From contig NIVC01003514.1 of NCBI GenBank assembly GCA_002269645.1, positions 30,071 through 94,070 of the forward strand: a stretch of DNA of 64,000 bases. The letters are read 5' to 3'. Within the stretch, counting starts at the first letter, position 1. Each line of letters begins with the position of its first letter. Source of the stretch: Macrostomum lignano. Lineage: Eukaryota. Of the stretch, positions 29,683 through 41,350 are shown piece after piece. A program made the translations under genes and the position numbers. The notes below the pieces were generated by a model that saw only the letters and a program-made list of their open reading frames with translations, searched no databases and was not told the DNA's origin.

Positions 29683-30988
29683 AAGGCCAAAAAGTATTGT
29701 TTGTGCCATAATGTGCAGAAAGTCTGACTGCGCTTGCTACATACACTCTAGACTATATGTAACGATTGCTTTTTAGTTTTTATAAACATCCGTATGATAA
29801 AGTGTCTTCATGGGTAATTTTTGTCGCAACAAATTGCAAAAACTTGTTCTTTTTTGTAAACTGCTATAAATTGTAGGTTCTTATAGCCATGTATATAGAC
29901 ATGTAGACAACATAGCTACGAGTATAAGTGTTAAGAAGAGAAGAGAACAATCATAAAAGGTCAACGTTTTATTGACCTTTGTAGCTACCTACAAAGGCTA
30001 CCTATCTTATAACATAGTTGTCCTGTAGCTAAAACTACATGAAAAAGAAGTACTGTATAATTAGGAAAAATTAAAAGAAATTAAAATTAGAAATCGTAGA
30101 TAATTACAAACTTTTTAAAGTCCTCGCGCTGTAAAAAATATTTTTAAGTCCTTTCCGTAAGGAGAACTAAGTGTATTTGTATTGAATTTTAATTCACAGA
30201 TATATACGTCCTTTCGGATAGTAGATTCAAAGTATGAAAGTACATGGCTTTAATGTGATTTGTGAACTTTTCAATCCAGTGAAGTTCCTACTTAATTTAA
30301 AGAACAGTTAAATTTCTCGGACATTACACTGTTGTATTTAAGTGTCCTTTAAAATACGGATCTCTGCATCCGCGTGTACGAGTAGGAAACGTACTAGTGA
30401 ACAAAAACATGATGAGTATCTGCACTAGCAAGCCCACATTTGCACTAGCAAGCTACTTGTAGTACAGATGAAGCTCAATAATTCTTATGCATCCGCCAAG
30501 AGATGATGAGTTTCTGTCCAGTAGACTCTATTCCATTAGCTATTTCGTCAACATGAAAATATAGTAAAAGAAAAAGTTGAGGACGAAAAAATAAAGCTTT
30601 TTTCATCTACTTTAGGTAGTACGAAATTTGCCAATTCCTACGAGCGTATATACTAAAAATGAAAATATTACTAAATTTCCGAATTTAGTGAATATTTATT
30701 GTGAATATTTATAGTGAATCCGGACAATTCACGGATTTGTACATTTCAGCAGTAAAATAGAGAGAATCTTTTCTGAGGCATAATATAACAACTCGAGTAT
30801 TAGAACGTCAAGGGCAACAAAAATATTGCTCGTGCAAAGATGTGCAGATCATTCTGACGGCGCTTGCTGCGTAGACTACGTAACGATGCACTTTTGTTTT
30901 TTTAACGTCTCCGGGCTGCTTTTTGTCGCAACTTTGCTATCATTTTTTGTAAACTTGTGCTAGATTTGACAAATTCTCTTCAAAAGCA

Positions 30989-31951
30989 TCAATCTCCGCT
31001 TGAAGTTATTGACTTTCCACGTTTCAGCGCTTCAAGTTCACTTCTGGACAATTCTGCTTTAAGAGCATGAAGGTCCGCTTCAAGTTTTGGTTTTTCACGT
31101 TTCAGCGCTTCAAGTTCACTTCTGGACAATTCTGCTTTAAGAGCATGAAGGTCCGCTTCAAGTTTTGGTTTTTCACGTTTCAGCGCTTCAAGTTCACTTC
31201 TGGACAATTCTGCTTTAAGAGCATGAAGGTCCGCTTCAAGTTTTGGTTTTTCACGTTTCAGCGCTTCAAGTTCACTTCTGGACAGAGGCGTGGCAACACA
31301 CTGACTGCTAGGCTTGACCTTGTCCAGCTCTTTCATCAAGGCTTTGTTGTTTGAGTTGGCCGCACTCAGCTCCTCAAGCGCAACAGCCTTCTCTTGCTTT
31401 GCAATGTCCAGTGCCTTCATCAGCTGGCTCAAAAAGTTGTCGGTCAGTGGTAGCGACGTGGAACCTCTGTCTCTGGATTGCTGCAGTTCCACAGCAGAAA
31501 AGAAGACCTGCTTAACTGACTCGGGCGATGCAGCTTGTCGACACAGGGGACAGGTGCGATTATTTTGGAGCCAATTAGTGACACACTTGTGAAAGACGTG
31601 CTTGCAGTTTGGCAGGATCACACAGTCGCTGTTGCTGTCGAACTGGTCGCTGCAGATAGTGCAGGTGAGGCCATTGTAGTTGCTGGTAGCAATGGATATT
31701 GTAGCTATGCTTGGCCAAATAGAAAATGAAGAACTTCGTTGTCTCAAAAGGAGACTCGACTCGATTTTGGAATGCAAAGTTCTTAAGAGGCTGTTGCTCG
31801 ACAGTAAAATTTTTCTGGCAATAAACTGCTCGTATTTATGTCTTTTACATTGCGGATCTCTGCATTCGCGTCGTGGAAAAATTTTATCGGCCAAAAATAT
31901 GAGTAATAACCCCCAAGTGTGCACGAAAAAGTGCAGACATGCAATGCTCAA
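30989..31951 (-). CDS. TRAIP-like RING/coiled-coil protein, paralog D. The homologous ATG has changed to ATT (approx. 31693), so it either uses the upstream ATG at 31951 or is a pseudogene
   Basis: Same RING as B and C. The position equivalent to their ATG GCN ACC reads ATT GCT ACC. The tail carries a 78-bp tandem repeat. Confidence 0.65.
   Translation of the reverse strand: MSIACLHFFVHTWGLLLIFLADKIFPRRECRDPQCKRHKYEQFIARKILLSSNSLLRTLHSKIESSLLLRQRSSSFSIWPSIATISIATSNYNGLTCTICSDQFDSNSDCVILPNCKHVFHKCVTNWLQNNRTCPLCRQAASPESVKQVFFSAVELQQSRDRGSTSLPLTDNFLSQLMKALDIAKQEKAVALEELSAANSNNKALMKELDKVKPSSQCVATPLSRSELEALKREKPKLEADLHALKAELSRSELEALKREKPKLEADLHALKAELSRSELEALKREKPKLEADLHALKAELSRSELEALKRGKSITSSGD
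31010..31282 (-). repeat. 78-bp coding tandem repeat (LSRSELEALKREKPKLEADLHALKAE), 3 full copies plus a partial copy
   Basis: Unit starts recur at 31022, 31100, 31178 and 31256. Confidence 0.93.
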
Positions 31952-32279
31952 TAAGTCTTAGCCTTCACCGAGAGATGAGTTTCTGTATAGTAGATTCTTT
32001 CCCATTCGTTATTTTCTCAGCATGAACAGAAAGTTAAAGACAAAGTTAATAGTACGTTTTAAAGCTACTCAAAGTAGTACATATATTGCTAATATTAGTT
32101 GAATTTTCGAATAATTACACGAATTTGTATATTTGTGCGGTAAGATAAAAAAATATTTTTCGACGCATAATACAACACGGATGGATTGGTCTGCATATGC
32201 TTTAAGAAATCAGTCTTGGGAGCGTAAAATATATAATACACCACTGTATACTCTAACAATCTCTTGAAGTACCATCATT

Positions 32280-34216
32280 TTACAAAGCATTGACACCATC
32301 GATTGAGTGGTCACTAGTACGGATCTCAGCCTCACCCACGATCGGCAAGATTGGCAAGGAGCCAAAAGATGACTCTTCAGTCTTCTTGCAACTATTGGCA
32401 CCTGCCTCTGAGAGTAGCAGATGACGAGTCGCTAGGTGAAAACTGTTCAAACGTTTCGACAGCTGGAAGCTCTCAGCCTCTACAGCGAGAATTTTGTCTG
32501 CCAGGTCCATGTTGCGCGACTTTTCAATCTCCAGTGAGTCCATCAGTTCGATGACCTCCTGTTGGCTATCCTGCAGCTGGTCAAGCATTCTTGCATTGTT
32601 TCTTTTCTGATCGGCATTCCGAGCTTCAAGCTGATGAAGCCTCCCCTCCAGCCTCTTGCGCACGAGTCCTTCTTCATCAAGTTGAGCGCGGAGTTTTCGA
32701 GCTTCGTCTGACATTTGTTCGTACTCTTGAGCTAGCAGCTGCATCAGTTGGCAGTTCTCGGATTCCTGTGCAGAGTATAGAGGATGCTTTCCATGAGAAA
32801 TAAAACTATCAGAGCCAAGAAGCGGCAGAGTTGAAGAGATTCTAGAAATATACGCTTGTAGTAGCAGTCTGAAGAAGTTTTAACTCGATCAGTTAAAGCG
32901 ATTTTAAAAAGTTTCTCCTCTCCTCTCCTCTCCTCTCCTCTCCTCTCCTCTCCTCTCCTCTCCTCTCCTCTCCTCTCCTCTCCTCTCCTCTCCTCTCCTC
33001 TCCTCTCCTCTCCTCTCCTCTCCTCTCCTCTCCTCTCCTCTCCTCTCCTCTCCTCTCCTCTCCTCTCCTCTCCTCTCCTCTCCTCTCCTCTCCTCTCCTC
33101 TCCTCTCCTCTCCTCTCCTCTCCTCTCCTCTCCTCTCCTCTCCTCTCCTCTCCTCTCCTCTCCTCTCCTCTCCTCTCCTCTCCTCTCCTCTCCTCTCCTC
33201 TCCTCTCCTCTCCTCTCCTCTCCTCTCCTCTCCTCTCCTCTCCTCTCCTCTCCTCTCCTCTCCTCTCCTCTCCTCTCCTCTCCTCTCCTCTCCTCTCCTC
33301 TCCTCTCCTCTCCTCTCCTCTCCTCTCCTCTCCTCTCCTCTCCTCTCCTCTCCTCTCCTCTCCTCTCCTCTCCTCTCCTCTCCTCTCCTCTCCTCTCCTC
33401 TCCTCTCCTCTCTCTCTCTCCTCTCCTCTCCTCTCCTCTCCTCTCCTCTCCTCTCCTCTCCTCTCCTCTCCTCTCCTCTCCTCTCCTCTCCTCTCCTCTC
33501 CTCTCCTCTCCTCTCCTCTCCTCTCCTCTCCTCTCCATTCTCTCCTCGCCTTTCTCTCTTCTCCCCTTTTCTTGTCGCCTCTCTTTTCTTCTCTCCTCTT
33601 GTCTTCTTTATTCCATCTCCTCTCTCTACTCATCTGGCCCGCATTTAGGCGCTACGAGTAAATTCTTTATTTTGCATCCCTGGATGTACAATGTTTGCCA
33701 ACCCCTGGGGTATTGTATTCAATGAGTAGCTCTATTTGAACTCTTCACCTGCTGAGCCAGTGACTCCTGGCAACTTCTGAGCTGAGTAGTGTACTCATCC
33801 AGCTGACGCTTCTTCTGGCTGAGATCCCGTTTCATCATGAGGTCTCGCTGCTTGCTCCGTCGCACCTGCTGCTTGGCAAGCTCTTGTTCTTTGGTGACTT
33901 CAGCCAGCTTCGCTCGCAACTCAGCCAGTCCAGGTAGCTCTGCTCCATCACCGGTGCGGTCTTCGCTGCTGTTCTCTTGATCTCCGAAGCTGAGATAGAT
34001 CTTCAGCTGGTCCTTTTGGGGGTTGCGCAACCGCCTGCGGCACTGCGGACAAGTTTGACTCTGCTTGAACCATTCGCCTGCGCAGTGACTGTGAAACACG
34101 TGGCCACAGGGTAGAGCTGCCATGTCGGAGAACTCGTCAAAGTTGCTGGTGCAAATCAGACATGAGGCTGACGGCTTTGCAGTGGCGGACAGTGACATTG
34201 TCATGCATTCGGCCAT
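32280..34216 (-). CDS. TRAIP: TRAIP-like E3 ligase (canonical RING-H2 plus long coiled coil). Exons 34216-33749 and 32765-32280
   Basis: CLICTSNFD...ALPCGHVFHSHC..EWFKQSQTCPQCR resembles the TRAIP/NOPO RING. Phase-0 donor CAG|GTGAAG at 33749/33748 and acceptor CTGCACAG| at 32766/32765. A 5'-UTR acceptor TTTGCAG lies at approx. 34238. Confidence 0.7.
32915..33540 (+). repeat. (CTCTC)n microsatellite in the TRAIP-like intron, adjoining a Charlie-like MITE end at 33690-33707
   Basis: Directly visible. TGTTTGCCAACCCCTG ends at 33707. Confidence 0.95.
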
Positions 34217-34284
34217 TGCGCGGTGCTACTGGCTACCTGCAAATAATGGTTTAGGTTTGGCTATGGGATTAGGTTAGGTTTAGT

Positions 34285-34555
34285 CAAATGTCACTCATGA
34301 CCGTCAAATGTCACTCATGACAGTCAAATGTCACTTATGACAGTCAAATGCCACTCATGACAGTCAAATGTCACTCATGACAGTCAAATGTCACTCATGA
34401 CAGTCAAATGTCACTCATGACAGTCAAATGTCACTCATGACAGTCAAATGTCACTCATGACAGTCAAATGTCACTTATGACAGTCAAATGTCAATGGCAG
34501 TCAAATGTCACTCATGACAGTCAAATGTCACTCATGACAGTCAAATGTCAATGGC
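34285..34555 (+). repeat. 20-bp minisatellite (CAGTCAAATGTCACTCATGA)n
   Basis: Directly visible. Confidence 0.93.
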
Positions 34556-36405
34556 AGTCGAAGTGTTTTTAAGAGACCCGTTTTAAGCTTTGAGTGACGC
34601 ACTTCTGAAAACTAATTCGAAATGTGGCAATCTGACAGAGTTTCGAGTTTTAGGATCCGTTTTAGGGATTTTTTTCAGTATCCCTTCCCAATGACGTCAA
34701 TACATGGAGGGCTCCTGATTCTGTGAGAGAGAGAGAGGCTTCAATCTACGGCAGGCATGAGAAGAAAGAACTTACCAAATGGTGCTCTTTGTTTTTTGTA
34801 AGTTCGGGTGTCTTCAAATCAGTTGCTGGATGATTTTTGATAGTCAAAACAGACCCTACCCGTAATAGCCAAGAATAGATTCCAGCTAGATTCGTCTGTC
34901 TAAAAGCTAGCTGCTAAAGGAGTAGAAATTTTCGTTTTCAGTTCATACCTCTAGCGTGCGTACAAGTTGGTAGTTCAGCGTGACAAACCCAAGCCCAAGC
35001 GCTGTACATTCTGCCTATAGCCGGGCAGAAGAAAAAATGGCTACTTGATCGTACTTTCCGTTGCATAGAACAAAATAGCTCTCCAAATGCACACAATGCC
35101 CCAATGTGCACGTTTTTATACATTGGTCAGTGCTTTACTACAGTACAAACGAGAAACTTCTTTCTTGCTCACACCACACGACGTCGTCACAACGCTAAAC
35201 ACACTGGCTAATTACTCAATTATTTTTTGTAAAAATGTTAATTGATTTCAAAGCTATATTTTCATATTGAAGCTAAGTACTAAAAACTGACTGAGTGCCT
35301 TCATGTACAGCTATACAACTTAAGTACGTAGTTTTGGGTAGATATATTTCTCTTAACAAGTACAATTTCACCTCTTTCCCCTGGTTTATGCAAATACTGT
35401 ACAGCAGTGCAGCAAATAAGTTTTGTCTTAATCAAAGCGGAACCATGTTGCTTACGCTCGTAGACTGTAAGCAAGGGTCAGTAACCACTCAGACGGTACT
35501 TCCAGAGGGTGTAGTATACTCGTATACACTCAGCAACATGCTAAAGGTTCCATCTCGAAACCAGTGATCCATTTTTCTCAGATTACAGAGCTTCAACTCT
35601 AGCCACAACTCTCCACTCTCAATCAGATGTTTTCACGGGCCAAGCAGTTGAGGCAGGAAGCGCTGTGTGTGACCAACCCAGGCTGCTCTCTGAGCGACCG
35701 TGATGACATCCACGCCTGACTGCGTGATTCCCTGCAGTACCATGGAACTCCAATCCAGTGTAGATTTGATTTCGTCTGGTGGACTGTCCAGCTATTCTAT
35801 GCTCTGTCTGCGTCTGTACCATAGACTATAGACAGTGTCTCTACCATACTGCATAATTGTAACTATATATGTAACCATCTACAGTATGAGCTGCTTCGCT
35901 CCTTTGACTACCGGCTTTCTTCCCTTTTGCCGCAGTATTGATAGAACAAGGGGGCTACTAATACAGCTCCTTTATGTTACGTTAGAACAACTGACTCTCT
36001 TTATCAGGAATTCAACTGCTTAAAAAACTTATCTCCTAGGTAAAATCAGGTGAAATGTGCATGTAGCTTATGAGGTACCTGTATCTGTTTCATTTGCTAC
36101 TGACTATTTGTACTCAACACTTCTATTGTGGTTAAATAAATACTTAAACACATCACTATTAACAGAGTGAGTAAGTTAACTTGCTTAACAGGTTTTTTTT
36201 TGATTATCGGTTAAGAAAAATTTAACTAAAGAAATGAAACATGCTCCGTCGTGTAATAAAATAAACGACAAAGACAATAGTTTTTTGCGACCTAAAGCAG
36301 CCGTGTCTTGAAGAAAATTAATCAATTGATAGTCTTTAGTTGCCCACCACCGTTTGTTTCTTAATTAATATTGTAATCATCCATACAACTCAAAGAGATG
36401 CCTTC

Positions 36406-36971
36406 TCAAACCAGGTAGATGAGGAATCGGTCAGCCTTGGCGCCAGTACGATACGTTGGCGAGTTCTGCTTAGTGTTGTACACCAGCACGGGCGCCTTGC
36501 CTGTCCAGAACCGGTTGGACCAGGGGCAGGGATCCTTTTTGTCCGACACCGCCCAGAAGGCCGTGTCGCCGTTGCAGCCGCCGTACCGATTGCTAATAAA
36601 GAACCGTCTCGAGTATCTGGCGTCGCCCTGTGGCGCGAAAAAGTTGAAACCAGTCGATCCGACAAAGTACGGACTGCTGGACACAACTCGACTAGCCGAG
36701 AACCACGAGTGCAAATTCAACGAACGCCTTCTAACTGACACGTCGAAGAATACCTGCGACACGGGCTTGTTTTTGACTCGCATTTCGGCCACGATAAACT
36801 TTTTGCCCGACTCGATCACCGTGTCGGCCAGGTTGTCGAGAAGATCCGATCGGTACACGTTTGGCAAAGATTTATCGGCCGGAATCGGGTAGGTCTGCTT
36901 GGTACTGAATGTGGAGTAGGCGCCTTTACCGATGCCCGATTTGATAGTGAACAGAAGAATCTTGTTTCCTT
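36406..36971 (-). CDS. Orphan terminal exon encoding a domain of about 185 aa, paralogous to exon 2 of the 49072 gene
   Basis: Phase-1 acceptor ATTTCAG|AAGG at 36972/36971. Open frame EGNKILLFTIK...YRSDLLD...RRFFISNRYGGCNGD...DPCPW...ADRFLIYL aligns throughout with 48370-47697. No upstream coding exon seen nearby. Confidence 0.7.
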
Positions 36972-37929
36972 CTGAAATCGTTTTTATTAACTTTAAATTT
37001 ACGAGATCGTTCTTATTTACTAATGAGTAGTTATTATTGCGTATACTGAAGGATTGTGAACTAGCTCAGCACAATAATAATAATAATTGATTACACCTGC
37101 CCTAATGAGCTGATGTGCAACCCAGTGGTTAGAAAAATTGGGGCGTACCCTCTAGGCCGGCGCCCCGGCGGCCCTCAAGGGTACGCCCCATCCCGCAAGA
37201 TAAAAGTTTGTAGGTTTTCTTCTTTGTACGTATGAAATATTTTTGTGAGGAAATTATGTAAAGAGCAGAATTTTTAAAGTTGATTTTTTTAGTTTCGGGT
37301 GTTTTTGTGCTCGAACCTGACAGTACGCCTTTCAGTACGTGCAGTGGACAGTGGGCGAACTATTGATATCCTTATTAATTATTTTCTTGTATAATGAGCT
37401 CATTATTTATTTGCATTGACCAATCCTCATACTACAGCTAACTTGAACTTTTAACCCTTTGAGCAGCCATCTCTTTGAAAAATTGCTGCAAGCTCCAAAG
37501 TGGGGTATAGGCGACTCGTGCAAATTTTTCTGAGTTTCATACACTTCAGAAATTGGATGTGAACGCAAAAGTGTGCGTTTTAGCCTACCTACTTATAAGT
37601 AATACCTTTTGATCTTCGAAATCAACGCAACAAAAAATATATTTTTTAATACTCCACTACTTAAGCACTAGCGCATGTACAATGTTGCTTGTATTCTTAA
37701 GTTTTCATTTAGATGAGTCCGATTTGGTGGTCAATTCAGGATTTTTAAAGTAGTGGGGGCAGATTTGCCCAAATTTTTGTTTTGGTCTAAAAAGCCAAAG
37801 TAAGCTCAAAATTTACCCCCCTTATATGCAAGTCCAGCCATGGCAAAGGGGGCGGCCGCCGGGTCTACTACATCTACGAGTACATTTGACCGCCACAATT
37901 TGATCGCCGTTCTATTCAAGGTGAAATAG

Positions 37930-38348
37930 GGCGGCGGGCAAATTGTCTGGCGGGCAAATTGTCTGGCGGGCAAATTGTCTGGCGGGCAAATTGTCTGGCG
38001 GGCAAATTGTCTGGCGGGCAAATTGTCTGGCGGGCAAATTGTCTGGCGGGCAAATTGTCTGGCGGGCAAATTGTCTGGCGGGCAAATTGTCTGGCGGGCA
38101 AATTGTCTGGCGGGCAAATTGTCTGGCGGGCAAATTGTCTGGCGGGCAAATTGTCTGGCGGGCAAATTGTCTGGCGGGCAAATTGTCTGGCGGGCAAATT
38201 GTCTGGCGGGCAAATTGTCTGGCGGGCAAATTGTCTGGCGGGCAAATTGTCTGGCGGGCAAATTGTCTGGCGGGCAAATTGTCTGGCGGGCAAATTGTCT
38301 GGCGGGCAAATTGTCTGGCGGGCAAATTGTCTGGCGGGCAAATTGTGG
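37930..38348 (+). repeat. 16-bp minisatellite (GGCGGGCAAATTGTCT)n, about 26 near-perfect copies
   Basis: Directly visible. It explains six overlapping spurious ORFs. Confidence 0.97.
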
Positions 38349-39228
38349 CGGTCTCCGCTGTCGGTCTCCCGCGGCCGCGCCCCCCCCCCTTGGATAGTGG
38401 CGTAAATAAATACTCATTTCAAAGTTTTACATGTAAGTAGGCGGCATACCCTTGCACAAGGTTGCATAATTATTTGAAAGCCGTATGCTTGTATGGGGTG
38501 GACAGTTGACAGTCAAAATGCCTATATCTACATGTACCTCCATACAGTAATAATTTACCTATTAAACAACAGGTAAGGTCAAAGATAACATATGCGTATG
38601 CCAGCAAAGGTTTAAAATTTTCAATAATTAATTGTACGGTACAATGCGATAGCAAAACAAACTAATCTTAGATGCAGCTATTATCTAGAATCTCGATTTA
38701 TCTTCCAGAATTTTAGAGAAATACAACTAGGACAGGGGAAATCCCGGAAAATCAATCAGGTTTGCCAAGCTGTATTAAAGGGGGACCAAGCGCATTTTTG
38801 CCAAAATACAGAGCCACCCCTCCGCCCCCCTTGGGTCTTTACCCTTCAGAATCCGCCCCCCCCCACATAAGAAATTCTGCTTGCGCCACTGCTAACAGTT
38901 CAAGTAATTCTGGAGAGCACAGAGTGCTGTCTAGAGAAGCTGTTCAGGCTTGGCACAACGCGCCCGCCAAAATTTTGTTAATGTCAACTTTTGCTCATTG
39001 TAATGATCGAAATTCCTTGCGAGGGATTGGCTAACTATTTTACTTTAAGTGCCAGATAGAGAATCTAGCTCAAGACTGCGGGCCAGAAGGAGGAGAGTGG
39101 AGGGGAGAGGGGAGAGATGTGAGATGTGAGAGGAGGGAAGAGAGGAGAGAGGCGAGATGAGAGAAAGAAGGGAGATAAAGGGAGAGAGGAGAGAGGCGAA
39201 AGGAGAGATGTCAGAGGAAGGGAGCAAG

Positions 39229-39419
39229 CAGTAGGGCAACCAGAAATTTTTTGAGGGGGGGGGCGGATTCTGGAAGGTAAAGTCCCGTGAGGGAGGGGGC
39301 GGAGGGGAGGCTCTGTTTTTGGCGAAAATTCGCTTGGTCCCCCCTTCAATTTTTTCTGGGTCTCCGCCTAAGGGGGGGGGGGCCGCCCCCCCCCCCCCCC
39401 CCCCCTGGTTGCGCCACTG
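39229..39419 (+). mobile_element. hAT-type MITE with an 8-bp TSD, nested in a GA-rich Charlie-like element (approx. 39045-39621)
   Basis: TIRs CAGTAGGGCAACCAG / CTGGTTGCGCCACTG and TSD GGAGCAAG at 39221-39228 and 39420-39427. An inverted partial copy lies at approx. 38778-38892. Confidence 0.75.
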
Positions 39420-40504
39420 GGAGCAAGGAAAGAGGGGAAAGGAGGAGAGAGGGGAGATTTTGATGAGAAAAGGAGAAGAAATTAGCAAAAAAGCTGAGAA
39501 GAGATGCAAACCTTGAGCGGGCTGGATTGTTATTGGCATGGGAAGTTAGAAAGGACCCGAGGGCTGGATAGAGAGACTGCGGGCCGCATGTGGCCCGTGG
39601 GCTGGAGTTTGCTGACCCCTGCAGCCTGCAGTAGGCTATGCATGACGGGCCCAGTTAACTGCATAATGGCAAATAAGAGACATGGGAGATTGGAGATAGG
39701 AGACTGTCTCCCCTGTCTCCCCTTCATTTATCTCCCCGATTACGAGTAGGGCACAGTCACTCAGTCACATTTTGATAAGGAGGGATACATAGACATAGAT
39801 ATTTTCTCAGTTTTCATATTCAGAGGCGGTCAGAGCTCAAATGGGACAGGTCATGAATAAATAACAATCTAACCCCCGCCTTGTCATTTTTCCGGATGAA
39901 TAAATCCACTGAATCATAAAGGTTTCAAAGTGCCTTTGCGTTCTCATGACAGTTTTTGCCACTCAATTATTCTAGTCTTACTGAATCCCCGAGTTAACAG
40001 AAAATTATAGCTCGGCGCACGTCCGCCAGCTTGAATATTCTCGCTATATTGTTCTCTATTTGCGATCGTCTTTTACAACCCGACATCAATAAAACCCGTG
40101 TGGGCTTTATCTCTCATTAACAGAAATCTCTCATCAATTATAGCCTGTATAAAGCTTACTCATTTTGAGTTGCTCTTAGAAAAATGTTTTGAATTTCCTG
40201 GCCAGTGGCAATAACCCGTAATGACAGGGCAATGCAAGGAATTATTTTAACCTAGAGGTGACAGCTAATTTTGGCCAATTCATTTCAGTTGGGTGGGGGG
40301 GGGGGTTAGAAGAAAGGCTAGAGAAGTGATATGGGAATTTCTACGTTGTACCGTTCTTGCCTGCTTAAGCGAACCTATGCGAAACAAACAAACTGTCCTG
40401 ACTCCTTATCAGTGCAGGTCATCAAGTTTTTTCTATTCCCATATTGCACCAAAGATAAAGGAAGAACAAAGACGAATTTCGTGCGAGGCTTGACAAGGTC
40501 TGAA

Positions 40505-40520
40505 CTATATATATATATAG

Positions 40521-40554
<34 letters not shown>

Positions 40555-40580
40555 TATATATATATATATATATATAATAA
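40505..40580 (+). repeat. (TA)n microsatellite
   Basis: Directly visible. Confidence 0.95.
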
Positions 40581-41350
40581 GTTACAACCTAGCATAAACA
40601 CATAAATACTTTGATACGGAAAGTATTGATTCGATCTGACCTAAAATAGGTGCCAGCAAAAGAAAGAAAATATTCATAGCATTTTATATGTGCTTAAAAG
40701 TAAAACCAGATGGTAACAGATGGAAATTACAGTTGTGCAGCTAGTTGATTATTATCAATGGGATAAGTAAAATATTACAAAAATTCTGTTGGCTTGAATT
40801 GGAGGTAGGAATACTGTATACAATACCATTAGTATTTCATACTCGTATACTGGGGTTTAAGAAAATAAATCCCCCATTTCAGCCACATACAGCGGCATCA
40901 CCTCCCACTAAGTTTCCGGCCCCTCCACCCCTCCTACACAGTTTTGAGCTAAATTACCCCTCCGGCCTCTATAACACCGAATTTTAAGCTGTACCTAATT
41001 CTAGGGTTCAAGAATGTAAACAATAAAGATAGAATCAATATAATCAGTCTCTAAAATAACTCCAGTTCATGAATGACCGATCGCCAGGCTTGTAGTAAAC
41101 TCGTGAAACTGCGGATCCTAAAAGTAAAGATAAAATGGCAGTTGCGATCGAGTATGCATCGTAATATACTAATATTTAACTCACAATCTACAATCATGTC
41201 TGCGTGTTGAAGCTGAGAACATATACAGGAAGAAATTGCAGAATTGCAGAATACAGGGAATACGAGAATCGAGATAGAAGGAAATCGGATTGATATAAAA
41301 AACCAGAGAAAGATATTTTTAGTACTCACTTGCGACTCACGCGTCCTACA

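Noticed and set aside
34250-34282. TTAGG-like telomeric repeats
   Set aside because: There are only three or four imperfect units, too short to be meaningful.
37451-38620. piggyBac-type MITE starting TTAACCCTTTGAG
   Set aside because: I found no convincing matching right terminus with TTAA.
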